Source of the DNA: an uncultured Gemmataceae bacterium
GTDB lineage: Bacteria > Planctomycetota > Planctomycetia > Gemmatales > Gemmataceae
Reading direction: 5' to 3'
DNA length: 64,000 nt
Assembly: GCA_963750165.1 (NCBI GenBank)
Contig: CAVVPN010000004.1
Span: forward strand, 800,001 to 864,000
The notes below the pieces were generated by a model. That model had not been told where the DNA came from. It did no database searches and saw nothing but the letters and a program-made list of their open reading frames with translations. Of the stretch, positions 45,060-53,598 are shown in pieces. Position 1 is the stretch's first letter; each line of letters begins with the position of its first letter. The position numbers were made by a program, and so were the translations under genes.

Positions 45060-46105
45060 TGCTGTAACACCTCGGCCAGCGGCGGCCACAGACGCTCCGG
45101 CGTCAATTCCGCCAGGCACTCCAGCCGCCCACATTTCTTCAGCAAACTCCCCGCACAGAAGACGTTCGTCTGCACCGCGAACGCCGCGCGGCCGTAGGGG
45201 CCTGTCAACCGCACCTGCGTGCAGGTGAACGGACTCACCACCGGCCGGCCCAGGGCCACCGCCAGGTGCAGCGGCCCCGTGTCGTTGGCCACCAGCACGT
45301 CCGCCAGGCTCAGCACGCCCAGCAACTGCGGCAGCGTCGTCGCTCCGGCCAGGTGCAACTGCGGTCCCACGACCAGCCGGCCGGCGGCCCGCGCCAGCGG
45401 CGCATCCTCGCGGCCGCCGACGAAAACGATGCCGCCGCCGTGCTGCTCCTGCGCCCGCCGCGCCAGTGCCGCGAAATGCTCCGGCGGCCAGCGCTTCGTC
45501 CGCCAGCGTGCCCCGACCGCGAACGCCAGCCACGGCCGCGGCACCTCCGCCAGCGCCGCCAGCGCCCAGCGCCGCGCCGCCTCCGGCACCGGCAGCCGAA
45601 AGCGCGGCGACCCTGTCGCGCCCAGCGTCTCCGCCACGCGCCAGTAGCGGTCCACCGCGTGCAGGGTGCGGATGGTGCCGACCTCCACCACGTCGGTGTA
45701 GCACAGGCCGGCGCCCTCGTGCGCCGAGCTGAGGCCAACGCGGCGCGGCGCCCCGGTCGCCAGCGTCATCACGCCGCTGCGCAACAGGCCCTGCAGGTCG
45801 AGCACCAGATCGAAGCGCTGTTGCCGCAGCCGGCTCAGGAAGCGGCCGTAGTGCAGCACCGCCTCCAGCGGGGCGTGGCGCGGCGAACGGTCGAACGCCA
45901 GCGTCGCGTCCAGGTCGGGGTGGCCCTGCAACAGCGGCTCGTAAGCACGGTTGACGACCCAGGAGACGTGCGCCGCCGGGTAGCGCTGCCGCAGAGCGGT
46001 CAGCACTGGCAAGCTGTGAATGATGTCGCCCAGGGCGCTCGGCTTGATGAGGGCGATGCGCCGCGGGGTGCAGTGCTCCAGCGGCGTGCGCGGGGTGGGG
46101 GCCAT
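45032..46105 (-). CDS. Glycosyltransferase family 9 (heptosyltransferase-like)
   Basis: IKPSALGDIIH, FDLVLDLQGLLRS, KRWPPEHF, NDTGPLHLAVALG. Confidence 0.9.
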   Translation of the reverse strand: MAPTPRTPLEHCTPRRIALIKPSALGDIIHSLPVLTALRQRYPAAHVSWVVNRAYEPLLQGHPDLDATLAFDRSPRHAPLEAVLHYGRFLSRLRQQRFDLVLDLQGLLRSGVMTLATGAPRRVGLSSAHEGAGLCYTDVVEVGTIRTLHAVDRYWRVAETLGATGSPRFRLPVPEAARRWALAALAEVPRPWLAFAVGARWRTKRWPPEHFAALARRAQEQHGGGIVFVGGREDAPLARAAGRLVVGPQLHLAGATTLPQLLGVLSLADVLVANDTGPLHLAVALGRPVVSPFTCTQVRLTGPYGRAAFAVQTNVFCAGSLLKKCGRLECLAELTPERLWPPLAEVLQQWEARKQSA

Positions 46106-46142
46106 GTGGCGCGTCCTTTCGCCAGGGGTTCGCGGGGAACGA

Positions 46143-46175
46143 CGAAGGCCCGTGAAGGAACTTCACGGGCCTTCG
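46143..46175. terminator. Stem-loop downstream of 46193..47044
   Basis: cgaaggcccgtgaag-gaa-cttcacgggccttcg. Confidence 0.6.
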
Positions 46176-46192
46176 CCGGGGCCGGGACCAAT

Positions 46193-47044
46193 TTACTTGG
46201 TCTTGCGGTTATCCACGATCACCAGGATGACCTCCTGCCGGTCGGTCGGCAGCGTCGCCACCGGGTCGTCGTTGTCGATCTTCTTCTTGGTGCTCTTGGG
46301 CGCGGCCTTGAGCTTGGGCGTGTAGACAAACACCATCGCATTGGTGCGCAGCACGTCGGCCTCGGCGTGGTAACCGGGGAGATCCGGATAATAGCTCTTG
46401 AGCATATCCAGGTCATGCAGCTCGTCCTTGGAGAGCTTCTTGGTATCGACGAGCACTTTTTCGCGGAGCGTTGGTGGATACTTGAGGCGCACCTTGTCTT
46501 CCTTCGTGAAGGTCACCGGGTTGCCCTTGTCGTCGAACTCGGCTTCGGGCTCCAGCACGCGGAAGATGCACTTCTCGCTGACACGGAACTTGTAGTCCGC
46601 CTGGACGTTCTTGAGGCGGTAGAGCCGGCTGGCGTGCTGGGCAGCCTGGTTCAGGCTATTTTGATACGACCGCATATGGCTCGCCCGGGTGTTGGGGTTG
46701 TTGGTCGAGAAGGCGAGCCGGTACTGCTGGGTGGCCTGGTTCTGGGCGTTCACCATCGCCTGGTATTCGCCCTGGTTGATTTCCTGGACCTTGCCGGTCA
46801 CGTGCAGCGTGAAGTCCTTGGCGGCGGAATTCTGATCCACCTGGGTGATCTTGGCAGGGAAATTCGAGGCCGGGTACTTCGCGCCCCAGACGAACTTCTC
46901 CTTGACCTTCTTCTTGGTGTCGTCTTTTTTGGTGGTGGGTTTGGGGTCATCGCCGGTCTGCTTGACGGGGTCGCCCGCGGAGATGGGGACGATGAACGCC
47001 AGCAGCAGAGCAAGCAAAGCGCCGCCGCGCATGAGCCGTTGCAT
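46193..47044 (-). CDS. Hypothetical secreted Lys-rich protein
   Basis: GAGGGAG RBS, signal peptide, strong codon bias. Confidence 0.75.
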   Translation of the reverse strand: MQRLMRGGALLALLLAFIVPISAGDPVKQTGDDPKPTTKKDDTKKKVKEKFVWGAKYPASNFPAKITQVDQNSAAKDFTLHVTGKVQEINQGEYQAMVNAQNQATQQYRLAFSTNNPNTRASHMRSYQNSLNQAAQHASRLYRLKNVQADYKFRVSEKCIFRVLEPEAEFDDKGNPVTFTKEDKVRLKYPPTLREKVLVDTKKLSKDELHDLDMLKSYYPDLPGYHAEADVLRTNAMVFVYTPKLKAAPKSTKKKIDNDDPVATLPTDRQEVILVIVDNRKTK

Positions 47045-47172
47045 GGTTAGCTCCCTCAATGTGCCCCCCGCCTGCACTGCAGCGGGTATGTCGTCGGCCA
47101 ATTCATTGATAATGTACCGTACCCCTGGGGGCGGAACAAGCAGAAAAAGGAGAAGCCGGGGAGCCGCGCCCA

Positions 47173-48783
47173 TCAGGATACCAGCCGTTGTTCCGGGATT
47201 TCACGCAGCTTGACGGTACACAGGCCGCCGCGCTCGGCCTTGACATCGGTCACCTGCAACTGCGTGCCTGGCGCCAGGATATATTCCTCCTCGCCGGTGA
47301 ACGCCGAGAAGCTCTTGATGCCGACTGCTCCCGCCGGCGTCACCTCGAACAACGTCCGCTTGCCGCTGAACCCCAGAAAACCCTTCGCCACCTCCAGTTT
47401 CGACGTACACGACGACACCCCCCACCAGACGACCGTACCGTCCTTCGGATACTGCGGCCGCAGGTCCAGCGCCACGCCGCGCCACAGGCTGCCGGTGTGA
47501 ACCTTGAGCTTCGACAGCGCCGCGAAGAATAGCCGCAGGTACGGGAAGTACGGCGGCACCTGGCTGCGGTCGGGGTCGCGCAGCGTGGCGTTCAGCCGGC
47601 GGTACAGGAGCGACTCGCAGGTGTACAGGAACAACGCCGCGATCTCGTGTTCGGTCAGGCTGCCGGCGGCGGGTGTGCCAACATGCTTGGCCCCGAACTC
47701 CGCCGACCGGCCGACGTGGTGATCCAGGCCCTTGAGCAGCCGCGTGATCGGTCGCGTCGCCTCGGTGAAGTCCATCAGCGCCGTCGCCAGCACGCCCGCG
47801 ATGGCCGACAGCTCCACCTGGCCCTCGTCCTTGACGCCCTGCAAACGATCGAGGTAGAACTTGTGCAACTCCATCGTTGTCGCGATGAAGTCGCCCATGC
47901 GCTCGGCCGTCTCCTGGTGCGCCGTGCCCTGCTGGTTCCAGCCAGCCGCCGGCAGCCAGTCCACCTCATCCATGCCCAGCGACCGCAGGGCAGCGTTCAC
48001 GTCCTTGAAGTGGTTGCCATTGCAAAACATGTCGCCCTGGGCGGCGGGGTTGCAGTGGTCGATGTGCCTGACCGGGACGCCGTACTCCTTCTGCAACCGC
48101 TCCACCAGCGACCGCAGCTGCCGGGCGTGGGCGCCCCACCAGGCGAAGACCACCCCCTTGTGCTTGTCGTCGGCGTGCTGCTTGGCCTTGAGAATCTCCT
48201 CGACCAGCTTCTCGACGACTGGCCGCCAGAAGGCGGTGTGCTGGTCGGTGGCGAGCGAACCATCGCTGCTGGCGGTGAGGGCAGCGTTGAGCAGCAGCAC
48301 GCCCTGCGTCAGCATTGCCTGGAACCACTCCGGCGGCGGCACCACCTCGTTGTCGGCCAGCAGTTCGCGGATTTCGCTGACAGGCGTCTTCCTGTCGATG
48401 CCGTGTTTCCAGATGCACGCCGCCTTGATGATGCAGCGCATGCTGGTCACGGAGCCGAAGCGGCCCTCCTTCCACGCCTTGAAGGAGTTGTCGAACATGG
48501 CGATGCCGGTCGCCGACTCGACGCGCGGATACGGGTTCTGGCCGAAGACGACGACCTTCCACTTTTCCGGCGGATTGGGCTTGAGGGCCTGAAAGGTCAG
48601 TTCGCGCACCGGCACGACGCTCTTGGGCCGCTGGGGACCGATGAACGTCGCCGCGGCGGGCTGGGCCTCAATGACCGGCTTGAGCAGCGGCAGCCACGGT
48701 TCGCCGCCGCCCTGGAACAGTTCCGTCAGGGCTAGGGGGTCGTCCGGGTTCGGGGGCGTTGGTTGTGGGCTGTCGGTGCTCAT
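47173..48783 (-). CDS. Fusion protein: UNG-like uracil-DNA glycosylase domain + C-terminal R-S-E ADP-ribosyltransferase domain
   Basis: UDG part: FQALK..PPEKWKVVVFGQNPYP, ATGIAMF, QGVLLLNAALT, FW, VVFAWWGAHA, HCNPAA. ART part: LFLYTCE..YRRLNATLR, LWRG, WWGVSSCTS, TLFEV, IKSFSAFTGEEEYILAPGT. Confidence 0.85.
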   Translation of the reverse strand: MSTDSPQPTPPNPDDPLALTELFQGGGEPWLPLLKPVIEAQPAAATFIGPQRPKSVVPVRELTFQALKPNPPEKWKVVVFGQNPYPRVESATGIAMFDNSFKAWKEGRFGSVTSMRCIIKAACIWKHGIDRKTPVSEIRELLADNEVVPPPEWFQAMLTQGVLLLNAALTASSDGSLATDQHTAFWRPVVEKLVEEILKAKQHADDKHKGVVFAWWGAHARQLRSLVERLQKEYGVPVRHIDHCNPAAQGDMFCNGNHFKDVNAALRSLGMDEVDWLPAAGWNQQGTAHQETAERMGDFIATTMELHKFYLDRLQGVKDEGQVELSAIAGVLATALMDFTEATRPITRLLKGLDHHVGRSAEFGAKHVGTPAAGSLTEHEIAALFLYTCESLLYRRLNATLRDPDRSQVPPYFPYLRLFFAALSKLKVHTGSLWRGVALDLRPQYPKDGTVVWWGVSSCTSKLEVAKGFLGFSGKRTLFEVTPAGAVGIKSFSAFTGEEEYILAPGTQLQVTDVKAERGGLCTVKLREIPEQRLVS

Positions 48784-48954
48784 GGTGTCGCGTCCCATCG
48801 TGGAGGAAATGGTGTGAAAAAAGTTGTACCCGACGCCCCACCTGGGTGCAAGCCTGGTAAGGAAATGTCTCAGTGACTGCTTGCGGCCGCTGACCGATCT
48901 GGTATCATGGCGTGGAATTGAAGGGGATTCACTCCAATTCAGGGGGGCAACGTC

Positions 48955-49503
48955 ATGCGTCAACTGTTCGTGGCCGCGGTCGTGTTGGCGGCCGTCGGCG
49001 TGCTACAGGCGGCCGCGCCGCAGGACAAGAAGGGCACGATCAAGGGACTGCACATGTGCTGCGGGGCCTGCGTGAACTCCGTGCAGCAGATTCTCGGCAA
49101 GGTTGAGGGCGTTTCCGACGCGAAGTGCGACCGCAAGACCAAGTCGGTGAGCTTCACGGCGAAGGACCAGAAAGCCGTCCTGAAGGCACTGGCCGCATTG
49201 GAGGCCGGCGGTTTCGGCCCGACGGAAGGGGAGTACGACAACACGGCCTTCAAGAAGGCGATCAAAGCGGCGTCGGGCAGCAAGACGACGAGCGCGGTCA
49301 ACATCCAGGGCGTTCACGCCTGCTGCGGCGCGTGCAACGGCGCCATCAAGGCGCTGTTCAAGGATTCCCAGGTGACCATCACCGGCAAGGGCGCTCAAAA
49401 AGACCTGCGCATCACCGGGAAGGATCTGGACGCCGCCCAGGTGCTTACCACCCTGCAACAGGCCGGCTTTTACGGCATCATCGTCGCGGATAAGAAGAAG
49501 TAA
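48955..49503 (+). CDS. Secreted protein with two heavy-metal-associated (HMA) domains
   Basis: Signal peptide; GLHMCCGAC and GVHACCGAC. Confidence 0.8.
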   Translation: MRQLFVAAVVLAAVGVLQAAAPQDKKGTIKGLHMCCGACVNSVQQILGKVEGVSDAKCDRKTKSVSFTAKDQKAVLKALAALEAGGFGPTEGEYDNTAFKKAIKAASGSKTTSAVNIQGVHACCGACNGAIKALFKDSQVTITGKGAQKDLRITGKDLDAAQVLTTLQQAGFYGIIVADKKK

Positions 49504-49521
49504 TCTCTCCCAGGCCCGGAT

Positions 49522-49559
49522 AGAGCCCACGGGGCTTTCCCGTGGGCTCTTCGTTTTTT
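49522..49559 (+). terminator. Rho-independent terminator
   Basis: agagcccacggg-gcttt-cccgtgggctct followed by a T-run, between convergent genes. Confidence 0.75.
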
Positions 49560-49564
49560 CTTCG

Positions 49565-49735
49565 TCAGGCAGGCGGCGTTCGCAGCGAACCGCCCAGGAA
49601 GGACAGCACCGCCAGCACGACGAAAATCAGCGCCAGAATCTTGAAGCCTTCCCAGGCGACATTGGCGGCCGGCCAGAAGCCAATCAGCGCGGCGACGAAG
49701 GCGATCACCAGAAAAATCACAGCCAAACGCAACAT
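49565..49735 (-). CDS. DUF1328 (UPF0391) small membrane protein
   Basis: MLRLAVIFLVIAFVAALIGF...A....KIL..IFVVLAVLS; GGAGG RBS. Confidence 0.85.
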   Translation of the reverse strand: MLRLAVIFLVIAFVAALIGFWPAANVAWEGFKILALIFVVLAVLSFLGGSLRTPPA

Positions 49736-50013
49736 GGCAGTTCCTCCGTACGTTGTTCCGTTCACCTGGTCCGGGCGGCACACTCGCGGGAAGCGCCCGG
49801 TTCCCAATTCGCTGTCGTAAGCAACGCACAATCAGTGCCGAACTGCCGCAAACCTTGAGAAATCCCAGGAATTGTCGCGGAAGAAACCGCTTGCTGGCTC
49901 ACTCCGGCGCAGACTCGCACAGGTAGGCGCCGGTTGCTAGGTTCTGAGCACGCCTTTTCCCACAAACCGGCGGCGCACCAGACATTGGCGGCTGGGCAGG
50001 CGGGCCGCCCGCG

Positions 50014-50739
50014 CTACGACTTTTTCTTCTCGAAAATGATGATGTGCTGCCACGGCAGCACGTCCAGCGTTGTGGCGTGGCGCAGCGGATGCGGCGCCAT
50101 CTCCTTGAGCACCTGTTTCTGGCTCATCCGGTGCAGCGTCTTGATCGGCACCTTGGGATCCTCCAGCCGATACTCCACGAACACCAGCCGGCCGCCGGGC
50201 TTGAGCGCCTTGACCATCGCCGCCGTCATCTCATAGGGGTGCGAGAATTCGTGGTAGACATCGACCATCAGAATCAGGTCGATGCTGTTCTCGCGCAGCT
50301 TCGGGTCCGTGAGGGTGCCCTTGACCGGCACGACATTGGTCACCTTACCCTGCTTCATGCGCGTCTTGATGATGTTCAGCATTTCCTGCTGAATATCGAC
50401 CGCGTACACCTTGCCCTTGTTGCCGACGAGCTTGGCCATCGGGAAGGTGAAGTAGCCGCTGCCGGCGCCGATGTCGGCGATGACGTCGCCCTCCTTGAGC
50501 TTGAGAGCCGGCAGGAGTTTACTGGTTTTCTCCTCCCGGTCGCGCTCGGTGCGCTCCAGCCAGCCGGCCGCCTGGTAGCCCATGACGTGGGCGATCTCGC
50601 GGCCGAGGTAAAATTTGCCGATGCCGTCGGGGTCGTGGTCGCGGCGCGTCTCGTAGCGCGGCGGCTGTGCCGGCTGGCCCTGCGCCAGCAGCACGACCGC
50701 CACCCCGAACAAACCGCGACAAAGGCTCACGCTCAACAT
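50014..50739 (-). CDS. Class I SAM-dependent methyltransferase with signal-like N-terminus
   Basis: IADIGAGSGYF, VYAVDIQ, VDVYHEF, ALKPGGRLVFVEY. Confidence 0.9.
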   Translation of the reverse strand: MLSVSLCRGLFGVAVVLLAQGQPAQPPRYETRRDHDPDGIGKFYLGREIAHVMGYQAAGWLERTERDREEKTSKLLPALKLKEGDVIADIGAGSGYFTFPMAKLVGNKGKVYAVDIQQEMLNIIKTRMKQGKVTNVVPVKGTLTDPKLRENSIDLILMVDVYHEFSHPYEMTAAMVKALKPGGRLVFVEYRLEDPKVPIKTLHRMSQKQVLKEMAPHPLRHATTLDVLPWQHIIIFEKKKS

Positions 50740-50872
50740 GATGGAATCTCCGTGGGGCTGCTCCGACTGTACCACGCCGCGACCGCCGCGTCCACGCGCC
50801 GGCGCTGGCGGCGCGGAGCGCGACCACCTACACTGGCAACAGACCGCGAACCCACCGCCCCCGGAGGGTGTG

Positions 50873-51688
50873 ATGTACGCCGAGCAATCGACTTCCCTTG
50901 ACCTGCGCTGGCGCATGTTCGGTATCGACGTGCGCGTGCAGCCGCTGTTCTGGCTGGTCGCCGCGATGACGGGCTGGGGGCTGACGGCGGACCCGGAGCA
51001 GGGCGGTGTGCGATTGCTGCTGTGGATCGCGGTGTTTTTCGTCTCCATCCTGATTCACGAACTCGGTCACGTGTACATGGGTCGCTTCTTCGGCAGCCAC
51101 GGCCACATCCTGCTCTACGGTTTCGGCGGCCTGGCGATCGGTGCCAGCGCGCTGCCGCGGCGCGGCCAGCGCATTGCTGTCTACTTCGCGGGGCCGCTGG
51201 CCGGCTTCCTGCTGGTCGGTCTGCTGGTGCTGGGGCTGCTGCTGGTCGCGCCGAACATGGTGCCGCTGTTCTGGCAAAACGTGCTGGCAGTGGTGGGCCT
51301 GGCGCCCTGGGCCCACCTTCACGCCCTGGCGCCGCTGGTCGCCGACGTCGTCCAGCAGGCGCTGTGGATCAACCTCTTCTGGGGCCTGCTCAACCTGCTG
51401 CCGATCTGGCCGCTCGATGGCGGCCAGGTGTCGCGCGAGGTCTGCGCGGCAATCTGGGGCCGGCGCGGCGAACGCGCGGCGTTGGCGCTGTCGATCGCCC
51501 TGGCGGCGCTGATCGCGCTGCACGCGGTGATGGCCTACTACGGCCGGCCGCTGATCCCGTTCCTGCCCCAGCTCGGTGGCCTGTTCACGGCGCTCCTGTT
51601 CGGGCTGCTGGCGGTGGAATGCTCTCAGGAACTCCAGCGCGTGCAGGCGCGCGACGCCTTCTGGGAAGACCGCGACCCGTGGCGCTGA
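50873..51688 (+). CDS. Site-2 protease (M50) family membrane protein
   Basis: HELGH, AGPLAG, NLLPIWPLDGG. Confidence 0.9.
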   Translation: MYAEQSTSLDLRWRMFGIDVRVQPLFWLVAAMTGWGLTADPEQGGVRLLLWIAVFFVSILIHELGHVYMGRFFGSHGHILLYGFGGLAIGASALPRRGQRIAVYFAGPLAGFLLVGLLVLGLLLVAPNMVPLFWQNVLAVVGLAPWAHLHALAPLVADVVQQALWINLFWGLLNLLPIWPLDGGQVSREVCAAIWGRRGERAALALSIALAALIALHAVMAYYGRPLIPFLPQLGGLFTALLFGLLAVECSQELQRVQARDAFWEDRDPWR

Positions 51689-51707
51689 CGCGGCAGGGTT
51701 CGCTCCC

Positions 51708-52370
51708 TCACCCTTCATCCTGATACGGTGTGTGATCGACCAGGCCGGCGTCGGCGAAGGCACGGCGACGTTCCGCGCACTTGTTGCAGCGGCCGCAGTG
51801 CGCGCCGCGCACGGGCCGGATGCACGAGAACGTCAGGTGCAGCGGTAGGTCAGCACCGCGGCGCATCACGTCAGCCTTGTGCACTGCGGCAAAGGGCCGC
51901 AGCACGCGAACCTGGCCGCCGACCGCGCGGTCAACGCAGGCGGCAAAGTCGGCAAAGAACTCCGGCGTGGCGTCCGGGAATGGGTTGCCGCCGAGCGCGC
52001 CGAGCGCGACCGCGGGCACGTCGTGCAGGTGACACCAGAGCAGGGCCTTGGCCAGCAGCAGGACGTTGCGGCCGGGCAGGTAGACGGCCTCGTCGGGAGT
52101 GGCGGCGTCCGGCACCGCCTGGCCGCTGACGCTCCAGTGGCCGCGGTCGTAGAGGTCGCTTACGGGCAGGTCGAGGACGTGCAACGGCAGGACGGCGTTG
52201 CCGGGCAGCGCCGCCAGGAAGCGGCGCAGGTGGGCCAATTCGACCTCCTCCCAGAACAGGCCCTGGCGGACGTAGAGCGGTTGCACGGCGGTGTGGTCGC
52301 GGGCGGCGGTGCCAACGAGGATGGCGCTGTCGAGGCCGCCGCTGACGAGGACTGCGAGGGTGGTGCTCAT
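51708..52370 (-). CDS. queC: 7-cyano-7-deazaguanine synthase
   Basis: SGGLDS PP-loop, YLPGRN, FPD, TFSC....G.HCGRCNKCAER. Confidence 0.9.
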   Translation of the reverse strand: MSTTLAVLVSGGLDSAILVGTAARDHTAVQPLYVRQGLFWEEVELAHLRRFLAALPGNAVLPLHVLDLPVSDLYDRGHWSVSGQAVPDAATPDEAVYLPGRNVLLLAKALLWCHLHDVPAVALGALGGNPFPDATPEFFADFAACVDRAVGGQVRVLRPFAAVHKADVMRRGADLPLHLTFSCIRPVRGAHCGRCNKCAERRRAFADAGLVDHTPYQDEG

Positions 52371-52482
52371 GCGCTTAGCGTAAGGGTGCCGCCAGGAGCG
52401 TCAATTCTCGACGTGTGAAAAGTTGGCTTCCTTTTTTCGTGAAATGGCAGTCGCAGCGCACCACTGGGCAAGCGTCTGCGCC

Positions 52483-52659
52483 TTACTTCAGGGCCACGGC
52501 GTTGCCATTGTGGGGCAGGCCGGCGAAGCGGAAGAAGCGCGCGTCGCAGTTGCGGCAGCGGAACGGCTGCAAAAACAGGAACCTCAGAACGGCCTCGTAC
52601 CAGCGGTGCGGTTCGGCTCGCAGTCGTCGGCCGTTGCAGTGGGGGCAGGTGGTGCTCAT
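52483..52659 (-). CDS. Small zinc-ribbon-like protein
   Basis: 58 aa MSTTCPHC...PFRCRNCDARF; two CxxC pairs. Confidence 0.6.
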   Translation of the reverse strand: MSTTCPHCNGRRLRAEPHRWYEAVLRFLFLQPFRCRNCDARFFRFAGLPHNGNAVALK

Positions 52660-52679
52660 ATCCTGAGCACACGCACATC

Positions 52680-52976
52680 GCGTGCCGACGTTGCGCCGGC
52701 CTTGCTGGCCCCGTGCGGGTGGCACGGCGCGACCACCACCGGCGGCGGTTGCCACAGCAAGGGGGCCAAGGAGGCCAAGGGGGCCAACTTTTTCATACGT
52801 CGAGAATCGGCGCCCTGGCCCCGTGCGGGTGGCACGGCGCGACCACCACCGGCGGCGGTTGCCACAGCAAGGGGGCCAAGGGGGCCAAGGGGGCCAACTT
52901 TTTCATACGTCGAGATGCGGCGCCCTTGCTGCACCGGCCTGCCGTTTGTGGGCCACGCGACTGCGAACCGCGCTAA
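52680..52976 (-). mobile_element. MITE-like element with two near-identical 110-bp units (left boundary approximate)
   Basis: Units start at 52705 and 52815; end reads ttagcgcggttcgcagtcgcgtggcccac on the minus strand. Confidence 0.8.
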
Positions 52977-53100
52977 CTCAGAATGGCCTCGATCGGTTCC
53001 CCCGCCTCCACCAACCGCATGGTACGCCCCTGGACCTGAATTTCCATGCGCTCGTGATCCAATCCCAGCTGCTTGAGGATGGTGGCGTGCAGCGCGGCGA
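52973..53100 (-). pseudogene. C-terminal remnant of a DUF1501-like protein
   Basis: LHATILKQLGLDHER....QGR.MRL....G..IEAILS. Confidence 0.55.
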
Positions 53101-53149
53101 GAGTTGAGACACTCTGGGGCCACGTAACAGCAACTTCCCAACATTTTAG

Positions 53150-53335
53150 GGCGGGTTCCTCATCAGAGAGCAGTACCGCCAACGAACGCTGGGGCTGCTG
53201 AGAAATCCTCGCGTTATCAAGTAGTGTTCTGTTTCGGTGTAGGATACCTGCCGGATTGTCTCCCCGCCAAACACATAAATCCAGGCGTCCGGGTATGCCA
53301 TGATTATTGGTGAGTGTGTGGCGATCACGACACGG
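53150..53335 (-). pseudogene. C-terminal remnant of an ABC/AAA-type ATPase
   Basis: VIATHSPIIMAYPDAWIY...YTETEHYLITRGFL..P (H-loop and tail), no Walker A. Confidence 0.6.
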
Positions 53336-53598
53336 CGGCTCCGGGATGTGCTGCAGGGCGGGCCGGCAGCGGCCTGGCAGACCTGTCGATGTGCTGTTGC
53401 TGAGCGCTTCCAATAGAACAATGACATCGCTCCGCTGATCGATTGCCGGCGGTTTCCTGCGCACGGCAGACGTTGCCAGCGACTACAGGTCGCCGAGTTG
53501 CCTCGCGGGGTGATACCGCGGCACGCATCCGGTGGGGGATTGGTTGGCATTCCGCGGTAGTCGAAACACCCTTCACCAATTCTTCGAGGTCCTGACCT

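Noticed and set aside
52705..52925. 110-bp tandem units as a CRISPR array
   Set aside because: Only two units per locus, no unique spacers, wrong length, and no cas genes in the window
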